From Halochromatium sp. (GTDB lineage Bacteria > Pseudomonadota > Gammaproteobacteria > Chromatiales > Chromatiaceae), in NCBI GenBank assembly GCA_010912705.1, contig POWB01000024.1:7778-71777 (forward strand): a DNA stretch of 64,000 bases, read 5' to 3'. The stretch's first letter is position 1, and the number at the start of each line of letters is the position of its first letter. Under the pieces are notes generated by a model. That model saw only the letters and a program-made list of their open reading frames with translations, was not told where the DNA came from and made no database searches. This document shows positions 8,987-19,000 of the stretch, piece after piece. A program made the translations under genes and the position numbers.

Positions 8987-9754
8987 ATGCATACGAACTG
9001 GGTGATGAACGGCAAGGGTGGGGTTGGCAAGTCGGTGCTCATCATGAACCTGGCATGGCTTTACGAGGCGATGAATCGCCCGCTACGCCTGATTGATGTC
9101 GATGACAAATCGAAACTCGCCGAATTTGTCGGTGCCGATGCCGTCCTCTCACTGCGTATCGGTGCCAGCGCGGATGAGCTACGCGCGGACCCTTCCCTGT
9201 CTTATAGCTACTGGGATCAACTGGCAGCGGAAATCCTGGAACAGGATACGGCCGTGGATTTCGGCGCGAACATGGATCGCCACATTTTAGAATGGGCGGG
9301 CAAGTCCGAGCTGGGTGAGTTGCTGCAGGAAAGCGGTGTCAGCATGGATATTTTTGTCCCGATCACCGCCGATCCTCTGGCGGTCCGGGCCGGTATTGAG
9401 GTGCTGGAGGCGGCGGCTGATCTCTTTCCAGCAAGTCGACGCATTCTAGTGCTGAACCGGGTCGCCGGCTCCTTCAATGCCTATGAAGCCACTCCGGAGT
9501 TCGAGCAGATCGCAGCGATGCGGACTGATGGCCTACTGGTGCTATCCTTAGAGACATGCATGAGTGAAGCCTGGACCGATTTCGAGCGGCTCAAGCTCAC
9601 CCCCCAGCGCATCCTGTCGATGAGTGCAGCAACCGTGGCACAAGAGACCGGACTCGGTATTCTGGCTGCAAAACGTGCGGCCGGGGATTATGCAGCCTGG
9701 CTGAAGCAGTTCCAGGAGGTCTACGCACCGCTGGTTCCGCATGACGGCGATTGA
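8987..9754 (+). CDS. Divergent ParA/MinD-superfamily P-loop NTPase
   Basis: Deviant Walker A NGKGGVGKS; LIDVD; AVDFGAN; VLNRVAG. Confidence 0.8.
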   Translation: MHTNWVMNGKGGVGKSVLIMNLAWLYEAMNRPLRLIDVDDKSKLAEFVGADAVLSLRIGASADELRADPSLSYSYWDQLAAEILEQDTAVDFGANMDRHILEWAGKSELGELLQESGVSMDIFVPITADPLAVRAGIEVLEAAADLFPASRRILVLNRVAGSFNAYEATPEFEQIAAMRTDGLLVLSLETCMSEAWTDFERLKLTPQRILSMSAATVAQETGLGILAAKRAAGDYAAWLKQFQEVYAPLVPHDGD

Positions 9755-10889
9755 TCGGATACCCCCGTTGCGTCGTCAGGTTGACGCGCACTGGCTTGCT
9801 GAGCTCAATGCTCAGATTGCTGATGGTCGGATGGCGACCGAAGCCGAAAGCGCAGAGATCCTAAGCTGGCTGCTGAAGCTCGAGCCAGCACAGCGCTGGT
9901 GCCTACTGCTGCGTCGAGCGCCCTGCCTGAAACGTCTAGTCGATGGTGATTATCAGCGCATCCTGACGTTGATGGTGGAGTTGGAGTCAGCCGCGCTGAT
10001 GGCCGCGCCCAGTCCCCCGCAGCCCTGTGTTGATCCGGCGGTCGAGCCAGTCGCTGATGCTGCGGGAGTCGCAAAGCCCTTGCTGCGGCTCGGTCTTTCG
10101 TCGCGCCTGTTCAGTGTTGACGCCCAAGGCCGGAGTACCTTTGATTCCGATCTCAGAACGCTGGCCGAGCAGATGTCCCGTGTCCGCGCGCAATCAAAAT
10201 TCTGGATCGCGCTGACCCTGATCTTGGCTGGCTCCACGGCGGCTGGAATTTGGCTATTCAGTCGCCATGAGGCGCATCCTCTGGAGGCGATGGTCCAGGA
10301 GATCGGCTCCCTCTGGGGAGCCACGGAAAGCCCTCAGCATGCATCGAAGGGCCTCGCTGGACGGCAGCACCAATCGCTGCTGGCGTTTCTGGCCTGGACT
10401 GAGCTGTCGAGGACATTGCAGACGGGCCAACCTTTCGTTGACGAGTTGGAGGCATTCAAGGCAGCCGGGACTGACTCGGCGCAGGTCACCGAGCTCGAAG
10501 CACTGGCCGAGCAAGGGGTTCCGGCCTCCTCGGTATTACTCATCGAGCTCAGTCATCTGAATGAGGCGTTGGACGCGCGCTATCAGGGAGTTTTGGAGCA
10601 TCTGCGCTATCGCCCCTGGTCTTACCCGCTGTCTGCTGAGTTGAAACAGCTAGAAACCCTGCGTCAGAGCGCAGCGAGCGGGCTTGCGCAAGCACAACAA
10701 GGCGATTGGCAGGCAGCCATTGATCGCCTGCGGGAGATCGAGCGGCCAGGGTATCAGGACTGGTGCGAACGGGCGCAGCGCTGGGCGACGGCGGAGCAAG
10801 CGATCACCGACCTGCGCCAGCGCGTCTGGTCGGAATTGACCACCGCTGCGACCGCTCAGGCCAAGCAGAGTGCGGGCCCGCCGCAGTGA
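9741..10889 (+). CDS. Bitopic membrane protein with mitofilin/Mic60 (COG4223)-like C-terminal domain
   Basis: TM FWIALTLILAGSTAAGIWLF, then LQTGQPFVDELEAF...LAEQGVP...L and GDWQAAIDRL...DWCERAQ...AEQAI. Confidence 0.65.
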   Translation: MTAIDRIPPLRRQVDAHWLAELNAQIADGRMATEAESAEILSWLLKLEPAQRWCLLLRRAPCLKRLVDGDYQRILTLMVELESAALMAAPSPPQPCVDPAVEPVADAAGVAKPLLRLGLSSRLFSVDAQGRSTFDSDLRTLAEQMSRVRAQSKFWIALTLILAGSTAAGIWLFSRHEAHPLEAMVQEIGSLWGATESPQHASKGLAGRQHQSLLAFLAWTELSRTLQTGQPFVDELEAFKAAGTDSAQVTELEALAEQGVPASSVLLIELSHLNEALDARYQGVLEHLRYRPWSYPLSAELKQLETLRQSAASGLAQAQQGDWQAAIDRLREIERPGYQDWCERAQRWATAEQAITDLRQRVWSELTTAATAQAKQSAGPPQ

Positions 10890-11428
10890 GCGGACTCCTT
10901 GTGTTTTCGGCCTCGCTCCTGGTTGGGGTGAGCATGGTCGGACTCCTGGGGTGGCGTCTATGGCGTGCACGCGGCTCCGGGTATCCTGCGACGCGGCTCC
11001 TCTCGGCTCGCGCGCAACAACTGATCGCTGAATCCCAGTACAGACCTCTCCAAAGGGCGCAAGAACTGGGCATTTGGCGACCGCCTCCGCGTCAGCGGTT
11101 GTTACATCGTCAGACCAGCCAGTGGCTTGCGGCAGCGACATCGATGACCGAGAGGCCATCGCATCCGAGGCAAATCATCGGCGATCAGGAGCAAGCTTCT
11201 CGGACCAGTATGCGGTCTTGGGACACCACTGAGCCCCAGCGTCTAGCAAACAGCAAAGGATCGGCGTTTGATCCAGCGCCTCCTGTTCAGGTCGAGCGCG
11301 TGAAAGCGCATCGCGTTGAGAGCGCGCAAGAGTCCCGTATCGGTCGAAAACGCTGCGGATTGGAAAGCCTCATTACCGAGATTCCCCCGAGCGCGGAGGG
11401 ACCAGCTCATGAATCGAACACTCGTTGA
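10886..11428 (+). CDS. Hypothetical protein with N-terminal TM anchor
   Basis: GTG 10886 overlaps the upstream TGA (GTGA coupling); hydrophobic LLVFSASLLVGVSMVGLLGW followed by basic residues; overlaps the next gene. Confidence 0.6.
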   Translation: MSGLLVFSASLLVGVSMVGLLGWRLWRARGSGYPATRLLSARAQQLIAESQYRPLQRAQELGIWRPPPRQRLLHRQTSQWLAAATSMTERPSHPRQIIGDQEQASRTSMRSWDTTEPQRLANSKGSAFDPAPPVQVERVKAHRVESAQESRIGRKRCGLESLITEIPPSAEGPAHESNTR

Positions 11429-13280
11429 TCTACCCTCGGCCAGGTCCGAGATTATTGCGATCGCCAGTCAGAAGGGGGGAGTCGGCAAGAGCACGACGGC
11501 GCTCAATCTGTCGATGGCGTTGGTCGCGGCGGGACGAACCGTCCTGCTGATCGATCTAGATCCCAATGGGCATGCTGGTGACACCCTGATGTCGGGTGTC
11601 CATGCTGGTGGCACTGAGCGCATCTTGCGCGAGGCAACGCTGTCTGCCGACATGATCACCGCGACCGAGATCCCTGATCTCTTTCTGGCCCCTGCCGGTC
11701 CCGGTCTTGGCAGTGTCGAGAGTGATCTAGCCCTAGCGGGCGATCATCGGACGCGGCTGCATCAGGCGCTCGCCACGCTACCGTCCCTGCCCTGGCAGTT
11801 CGATCATGTTGTGCTTGACTGCCCACCTGCGGTGGGGCTGCTGACCCTGAATGCACTCGCCGCAGCGCACAAGATCCTGTTGCCGATTCCCTGTGAATCA
11901 CAGGTGTTGGCGGGGCTACCCACGCTGCTCAAGACTATCAGTCGGCTGCGTGCCGGTCTGAAGCAGCCGCTGCATGGCGTCTATCTGTTGGTCGTCCAGC
12001 GCGTCCCGAGCACCTCTGTCGATATGTTGGTCAGAACCCTGCGTCAAGAGCATGGGGGCCAGGTGCTGCTGACCGAGATCCCGCTCGGCGATGCGGTCAG
12101 GGAGGCTGCCGAGCGCGGTAAGCCTTTATTGGCGCATTGTCTGCATTGCGATGTCAGTCAGGCCTATCTGCAATTGGCCGCCGAATGGCTCTTAGAGCAA
12201 CGCGAGTCGCAGGATAAGACCGACTCAAAGCTGGGCAAGAGTGGGTCGTTTCGAGCTCGGCAGGAGTCGATGTCCAATGATTGCGATGCCATGCGTCAAC
12301 GCATCCAGGCCTGGCTCATGGACCCTTCGTCGCTCCTCTACGACGAGACCTGGGAGACCGAGCGCCAACAGGATGCCCTCGTCTTTGAGGAGCTTTTCCA
12401 TCAGGAACCGCCAAAGCGGCGGTTAGCGCTCCTAGTGCTGCCGCTATTCCTGTTACTGCTTGCGCTGTTCATCATTTTGGTGTTGCAGTTCTGGTTTCCG
12501 GATACCCTGTGGTGGAATCGGCAGGAGGTACGTTTGCCAGTCGCCGAGACGCCATTGCCGCCGAACGGGGCGTCTCGAGTCAATAGCGATGAGTCCGCTG
12601 AGCGAGATGGGTCAATTGAGCAATCCGAGCGAGATGGAGATGAGGCAGCGGAGGCGGCAGAGCTAGCGGAGCAAGCTCAGCAAGATGAAGCGCCTAAGAC
12701 AACCGCGCAAGCCGATCCAGCTGAACGGGCGTCAGTGGAAGAATCGGGCGGCCTGAATCAGGCCGACGAACAGATCGACGAACAGGTTGATGAACAGCCC
12801 GAGACGAGTGCTGCTGACGGGCCAGACCAGCTGTTGCATCAAGATGGGGAAGACAGATTAGGCGATCTTGAAGAGCGCGAGGTGCCTAAGCCCAGCGAGC
12901 CTGAGTCCAGCGAGCCTAAGCCTGTTGCGGAGTCGCCCGCTGTCGGACAAGGAAAAGACCCTGCGCCGCTAACTCCGCATCCCGATATCATTGTCGTTGA
13001 CCCGCCGCCTCGATACCGTTGGCAGGTGCAACTGCTGGCTGGTCGCTCCCTTGAGCGAGTGCAACAGGACAGTCAGAAGTTTCTTGCTGAGTATGCGGCC
13101 GATCTGGGAGATAAGAAGCTGATCATTAGCCAATCAGGTTTTGGTGACGCGCGTGATGCGTTCTATCGCTTGCGCGCCTTGGAGTGGGGCAGCAAGGCCG
13201 AGGCGGCGGCTTGGTGCGATCGCTTACGTCGCCGCGGTCAATCCTGTTTCGCGGTCCGCGTCATCACGGAAGGCGATTAA
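11409..13280 (+). CDS. ParA/Soj ATPase - TM - acidic linker - SPOR domain fusion
   Basis: RBS GGAGGG; IAIASQKGGVGKSTT, LIDLDPNG, DHVVLDCPP, LTLNALAAA; TM LALLVLPLFLLLLALFIILVLQFW; C-terminal WQVQLLAG...FYRLRA...AEAAAWCDRLRRRGQSCF. Confidence 0.85.
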   Translation: MNRTLVDLPSARSEIIAIASQKGGVGKSTTALNLSMALVAAGRTVLLIDLDPNGHAGDTLMSGVHAGGTERILREATLSADMITATEIPDLFLAPAGPGLGSVESDLALAGDHRTRLHQALATLPSLPWQFDHVVLDCPPAVGLLTLNALAAAHKILLPIPCESQVLAGLPTLLKTISRLRAGLKQPLHGVYLLVVQRVPSTSVDMLVRTLRQEHGGQVLLTEIPLGDAVREAAERGKPLLAHCLHCDVSQAYLQLAAEWLLEQRESQDKTDSKLGKSGSFRARQESMSNDCDAMRQRIQAWLMDPSSLLYDETWETERQQDALVFEELFHQEPPKRRLALLVLPLFLLLLALFIILVLQFWFPDTLWWNRQEVRLPVAETPLPPNGASRVNSDESAERDGSIEQSERDGDEAAEAAELAEQAQQDEAPKTTAQADPAERASVEESGGLNQADEQIDEQVDEQPETSAADGPDQLLHQDGEDRLGDLEEREVPKPSEPESSEPKPVAESPAVGQGKDPAPLTPHPDIIVVDPPPRYRWQVQLLAGRSLERVQQDSQKFLAEYAADLGDKKLIISQSGFGDARDAFYRLRALEWGSKAEAAAWCDRLRRRGQSCFAVRVITEGD

Positions 13281-13285
13281 GGTCC

Positions 13286-14071
13286 ATGCGCAGTCTCTGT
13301 ATCACCTCTGGTAAAGGCGGTGTTGGCAAGACAACCCTTGCCATCAACCTGGGGATTGCCATCGCTCGCAGGGGGCAACGGGTTCTGTTGATTGACGGTG
13401 ACCTAGGGATGGCGAATCTCAATGTGCAACTGGGCGTTAACCCTAGATTCACGATTCAGGACGTTGTGTGCGGGCGCAAGGCACTCAATCAGGTCATTTT
13501 GTCGACCGAGTATGATCTCGATCTCTTGCCCGGTGGGAGTGGGATTGCTGAGCTTGCCGATTTGGGTGAATCTGAGCGTCATAATGTGTTGCGCGGATTG
13601 GAAGAATTGCATGGCTATGACATCCTGATTATTGATACCGCGGCAGGGATCAGTAACAACGTTATTCGGTTCATCCTGGCGGCGGAACATGTCATCCTGG
13701 TTGCGACTCCGGAGCCTTCGTCCCTGACTGACGCCTATGGGATCACTAAAGTCGTTCTGGCGAAACAGCGCAAGGCCCTGAATCTGTTGGTGAATCGTGT
13801 TGCTTCTGCGGCTGAGGCAGGCAACGTCGTGAAGCGGCTGAACACGGCTGCGGAGCGATTCATGAGCTTCGAGTTCGACTTCATTGGCTATGTTCCGCTC
13901 GATCCACTCATTCAGGAAAGTATTATGAAGCAGAAGCCGCATTTGATCCTGCATCCCAGAGCCGCGAGTGCGCGCCAGATTGATGAGATGGCGATCCAAC
14001 TGACTGGCGGCGCGGGGAAAGACATCAAGGGCGGGCTGGGACGCTTCTTACGCACATTGCTAGGGCATTGA
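13286..14071 (+). CDS. MinD/FlhG-like ATPase
   Basis: [44 protein letters not shown]; C-terminal amphipathic helix [10 protein letters not shown]. Confidence 0.9.
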   Translation: MRSLCITSGKGGVGKTTLAINLGIAIARRGQRVLLIDGDLGMANLNVQLGVNPRFTIQDVVCGRKALNQVILSTEYDLDLLPGGSGIAELADLGESERHNVLRGLEELHGYDILIIDTAAGISNNVIRFILAAEHVILVATPEPSSLTDAYGITKVVLAKQRKALNLLVNRVASAAEAGNVVKRLNTAAERFMSFEFDFIGYVPLDPLIQESIMKQKPHLILHPRAASARQIDEMAIQLTGGAGKDIKGGLGRFLRTLLGH

Positions 14072-14099
14072 TCAGGGAGCCGATGGGCCCTTGAGCTTG

Positions 14100-15683
14100 A
14101 TGCGATCAGCGTCGCATGTCCCACTGGCTGAGCGGATGCGTCCCCGCAGCCTGGATGAGGTCGTCGGTCAGTCTCATCTGCTCGCGCCAGGCCGTCCGCT
14201 GCGCGAAGCACTGGGTGCTGGCCGACCCCATTCAGCGATCTTTTGGGGGCCACCTGGGACTGGCAAGACGACGCTGGCACGACTGATTGCGAGCCAGTCG
14301 GACAGCCAGTTTCTCAATCTCTCGGCGGTGCTGGCTGGCGTGAAGGATATACGAGCCGCGGTTGAGGCCGCGCGGCAGCTGCGGGAAACCGCGCAGCGCG
14401 GGACCATCCTGTTCATCGATGAGGTGCATCGGTTCAACAAGGCACAGCAGGACGCCTTCTTGCCGCACGTCGAGAACGGCACCCTCGTCTTTATCGGTGC
14501 GACCACCGAGAACCCCTCATTTGCGCTCAACAATGCGCTGCTATCGCGGGCGCGCGTCTATCTGCTGAAGCCGCTGGAGATCGCAGATCTGGAGCACTTG
14601 GCGGATCGAGCGCTGGGCGATGCCGAGCGCGGTCTGGCGCCTGCGCAAGACGCTGGGGAGACTGCAAGCGAAGAGACAGATGCCGCTGCCAGTGCTGCTG
14701 ATGAAGCCAATGAGGCCGATCAAGCCGGCCTTGTTGAACAAGCTGGTGTAATCGAGCAGGCCAGTCTGGTCGGGCAGGCCAATGGAGCTGATGGTGCGAA
14801 TGCAGGCGACAGCGGCCATGGTCGCCTCCTGATCGAGCCCGAGGCGCGTCGTTTGCTGGCCGAGGCAGCAGACGGCGACGCCCGCCGGCTGCTCAATCTG
14901 CTGGAGCTGGCCGCTGAGCTCGCCGAGACCTGCGAGCAGGAACCGCGCTCTAATTCTAGCTCTGGCGTTGTGCCAGCATCCTCGACCAGCCCCTTGAGCC
15001 TGCACCCTCTAAGCCCTTGCATCAGGGTCGAGACCCTGCGCCAAGTGATCGAGGGCAGCGTCCGCCGCTTCGACAAGGGTGGCGACGCCTTTTATGACCA
15101 GATCTCGGCGCTACATAAATCGGTGCGCGGCTCGGCGCCGGATGCCGCCCTCTACTGGCTAGCACGGATGATCGATGGCGGCTGCGATCCGCTCTACATC
15201 GCGCGGCGACTAGTGCGCATGGCCAGCGAGGACATCGGCAATGCTGATCCGCGCGCGCTCGGTATCGCGATGGATGCCTGGGACGCACAGCAGCGTCTCG
15301 GTAGTCCGGAGGGCGAGCTGGCGCTGGCGCAGGCGGCGGTCTATCTGGCCAGCGCGGCGAAGAGCAACGCCGTCTATCGAGCCTGGAACAGCGCGCTCGA
15401 GGACGTACGCAAGCAAGGCTCGCTGGAGGTGCCGGTGCATCTGCGCAACGCGCCGACTCGACTGATGAAGCAGCTTGGCTATGGCCATGCCTACCGCTAC
15501 GCCCATGATGAGCCCGATGCCTATGCCGCCGGCGAGCAGTATTTCCCCGATGGCATGGCGGCGCGACGCTACTATCAGCCGGTCGAGCGTGGCCTCGAGA
15601 TCCGCATCAAGGAAAAGCTCGAGCGCCTTGCCGAGCTGGATCGGGTCGCGACTGCAGGGGCCCGAGAGGGCCAGTCGCCATGA
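14100..15683 (+). CDS. rarA: Replication-associated recombination protein A (RarA/MgsA)
   Basis: [72 protein letters not shown]. Confidence 0.95.
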   Translation: MRSASHVPLAERMRPRSLDEVVGQSHLLAPGRPLREALGAGRPHSAIFWGPPGTGKTTLARLIASQSDSQFLNLSAVLAGVKDIRAAVEAARQLRETAQRGTILFIDEVHRFNKAQQDAFLPHVENGTLVFIGATTENPSFALNNALLSRARVYLLKPLEIADLEHLADRALGDAERGLAPAQDAGETASEETDAAASAADEANEADQAGLVEQAGVIEQASLVGQANGADGANAGDSGHGRLLIEPEARRLLAEAADGDARRLLNLLELAAELAETCEQEPRSNSSSGVVPASSTSPLSLHPLSPCIRVETLRQVIEGSVRRFDKGGDAFYDQISALHKSVRGSAPDAALYWLARMIDGGCDPLYIARRLVRMASEDIGNADPRALGIAMDAWDAQQRLGSPEGELALAQAAVYLASAAKSNAVYRAWNSALEDVRKQGSLEVPVHLRNAPTRLMKQLGYGHAYRYAHDEPDAYAAGEQYFPDGMAARRYYQPVERGLEIRIKEKLERLAELDRVATAGAREGQSP

Positions 15684-15740
15684 GTCAGATCTGCAAGATC
15701 CCCTGAGATCAACAATCGATTCCGGATCGAAAGCATCCAT

Positions 15741-15880
15741 CCACTGATGAGCTGGCCGGATGACGGCAACACCCGTCCGGTTTCCGCCGAGCCAGACGTC
15801 TGACAGCTACAGCGTAGATCAAGTGCCGGATCAACTCCAGATGGTGCCGGCAACCGGCCAGTGAGGGGCGTTTCTTTTTC
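15741..15880. ncRNA. Candidate structured non-coding element
   Basis: CTGGCCGG (15752-15759) can pair with CCGGCCAG (15854-15861), enclosing several hairpins; followed by a T-rich tract. Confidence 0.3.
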
Positions 15881-16027
15881 TGGTGTACACTGTTGCTCTC
15901 CTCCGGCGAGTAAAGCACAACGGTCGCTAATAGAGTGCCGCGGCATTGTTTCTGCTCATCTAGCCCGTCGCCCAAATTCCGCTGATAATAGACTACTTTA
16001 TCGCGATATCGCTAGCGAAACCTCAAC

Positions 16028-19000
16028 TTGATGAATCACCCATTCGCTGAGAAGATTAAATTACAGGTCTTGTTCCGTACCCTGATTAGCTTAGTCATCA
16101 TCAGTGTCGTCTTAACCCTGGCCATCGGCGTTCCGCTCTATTTAGACCTCAAAGAAAAAGGCAGCCAAGAGGTCGACTTCACGATCGCTACCAAAGCCGC
16201 CGCGATCAATCAGTTCGTCGCCCGGCTCGTCACCGTTGCTGAGCAGGTCACATCCCGCACGCAAATCCGCAACAAGCTGGCGGAATTCAATGCCGGACAA
16301 GTCTCCAAGCAGGATCTGATCGCCTTCACCAAGCCCAAGCTTCTCGATGCTGTGCAGAAAGCGGATGATGTCCTCGGCATTACCAGGCTTGATGAAAACG
16401 GCGAGGTCGCTGTTTCCGTTGGACTGCCTTTGCCTGATCGCTGGCTTAAAGCCTTCGACAAGCATCAACTCAGTCCGCGAGTCTATGAGCCGATCACCCT
16501 GGACGGGCAGGAGATCATCATGGTTGCCAGCCCTATTATTGACCGTGATCAGCACGCTTTAGGCGATGATATCGTCCTTTTTGACGCACAACACCTCAGA
16601 GCCTTGGCCCAGGACGCCAGCGACCTCGGGCAGACCGCTGAGCTACTCTTGCTCTATCCGGATGCACAAGCCCTTCGGCCACTCTTTCAAGATCGCGGCG
16701 ACCTTGATACGGATGGATGTCTAAAGCACTTGTCGGACGACGTTCTTGCTGGCCGTTTTTCCAATCATCAGCTTGCCCATCCCGCCTGCGCGGACTGCGT
16801 CATCGCGATCCGCCCCATCGACCAGACCCGCTGGGTGCTGATCTTTCGAGTCGACCGTGCCGAGCTCAATGCGATCCTGAACCGCACCTTAGAGCGTCTG
16901 TTCCTGATGGCCGTGCTGATCCTGATCGCCGGCTTGATCGGGAACTATCTCTTGACCTCACCCTTGTTGCGAAGACTCCATGATGAGCTCAACACCCGCC
17001 AGCGTATGGTTGACGAGCTGGAGCGGAGCAGCTCTGAACTGCGCGAAAGTAAGGCCGCACTCGAGGAGGATATCGAGCAACGTAAACGGCTTGAGAAACG
17101 ACTGTATCAAGAACATGAAACACTTGAGCGAGAGAGCGGCTTTCTAAAGGGCCTGATCCAGGCTTTACCCGATTTGATCTGGCTAAAAGATCCAGATGGA
17201 ATCTACCTGGCCTGCAACTCGGAGTTTGAGCAGTTTTTTTGCGCACAGGAAAGTGAGATCATTGGCAAGACTGACTACGATTTTGTCGCGAGGGAGGTAG
17301 GCGACCTTTTTCGCAAGCATGACAAAAAGGCGATGGCGGCAGGCGGACCAACCGTCAACGAGGAGTGGGTCAGCTATGCGCGCGACGGCCGCCGTGTCTT
17401 ATTAGAAACGACCAAGACACCGATGCTGGATGCGCAGGGTCGAATCATGGGGGTGTTGGGGATCGGTCACGATATTACCAAGCGTAAACGGACCGAGCAG
17501 GCGATTCTGGAGATCAGTCAACGGTATGAGGCAGTGCTTGCAAGCACACTAGATGGATTTTGGCTGACCGATGCCCAGGGCAAGATCCTAGAGGTCAACG
17601 ACGCTTATTGCCGCTACTCCGGTTACAGCAGACATGAGTTGCTGCATCTGAATATTTGGGACTTGGATGTCATGGACCCGTCGGAGGATGTCAAGCGTCG
17701 AATCGAGAAGATCGTCCGCGAGGGGGGCGATATCTTTGAGGCGCAGCACCGCCGCAAGGATGGATCGCAGTGGCCTGTCGAGGTCTCGGTCAGTTATGCG
17801 CCGTTACAGGGCGGGCGCCTGTTTTCGTTCGTCCGCGACATTAGCGACCGTTACCGGGAGACGCGCCTCGCCGAGCTGCGCCACGCACTGTCCGAGATGG
17901 TCTACAAGGACGATCAACAACGGTTGCTGCAGGCTGCTCTGGATACGGCTGAGGAGATCACGGGCAGTGAGATTGGGTTCTTTCACTTCGTGGAGCAAGA
18001 TCAGGAGACGCTTTCATTACAAGCCTGGTCAAAGAAGACATTGGCGACAATGTGCTACGCGGAAGGAAAAGGATTGCACTATCCCATCAGTCAAGCCGGC
18101 GTCTGGGTCGATTGTATTCATCAACGCGCGCCGGTAATCCATAACGACTACGCCGCCTTGCCTCACAAGAAGGGGATGCCAGATGGTCATGCGCAATTAG
18201 TGCGCGAGCTGACGGTTCCGGTCTTCCGCGATGAGCAGATCGTTGCGGTGATCGGGGTCGGCAACAAGCCTGTCGATTACGACGACCGGGATATCGCTTG
18301 CATCTCGCGCCTAGCCGATATGAGCTTCGACTTCGTTGAGCGGAAACGCGCCGAAGATCAGATCCAATTCATGGCCTATAACGACTTGTTGACTGGCCTG
18401 CCGAATCGGCAGCTGCTCGCCGATCGCTTGACCCAGCACATTCACCGCAGCCGTCGTTCTCATCAGCGGCTCGCTGTTTGCTACATGGACCTGGACAACT
18501 TCAAGCCGATCAATGAGCGTTACGGACATAAGTTAGGCGATCTCTTGTTGGTTGCTATCGCGAGCCGGCTGCAAAGCGACTTGCGAGAAGGGGATACGCT
18601 GGCGCGTATTGGCGGTGATGAGTTCGTCGTCTTATTCACGGAGCTGGGCAGTATCTATCAGAGTCAAAAGATGACTCGGCGACTACTGGAGCTTGTTGTG
18701 CAACCGTTCGACATCAAGGGTCACCGAGTCCATGTCTCGGCTAGTGTTGGCGTGACCATTTTTCCCGAGGATGATGCCGACCCGGATACGCTCTTGCGCC
18801 ATGCCGATCAAGCCATGCATCGCGCAAAGGCTGGCGGCAAGAATACCTGCCGTCTTTTTGATCCGATTCAACAGCAGACGGTTCACGACCAGCAAAAGGC
18901 CCTCGAGGACTTTGACCAAGCCCTTGACCAGGGGCAACTGCGCCTCTACTACCAACCTCGAATCGACCTTCATACCGGCGTCTTGGCAAGCGTTGAGGCC

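Noticed and set aside
15725-15760. Hammerhead ribozyme suggested by CTGATGAG and a nearby GAAA
   Set aside because: I could not build the three stems with the core in the required order.
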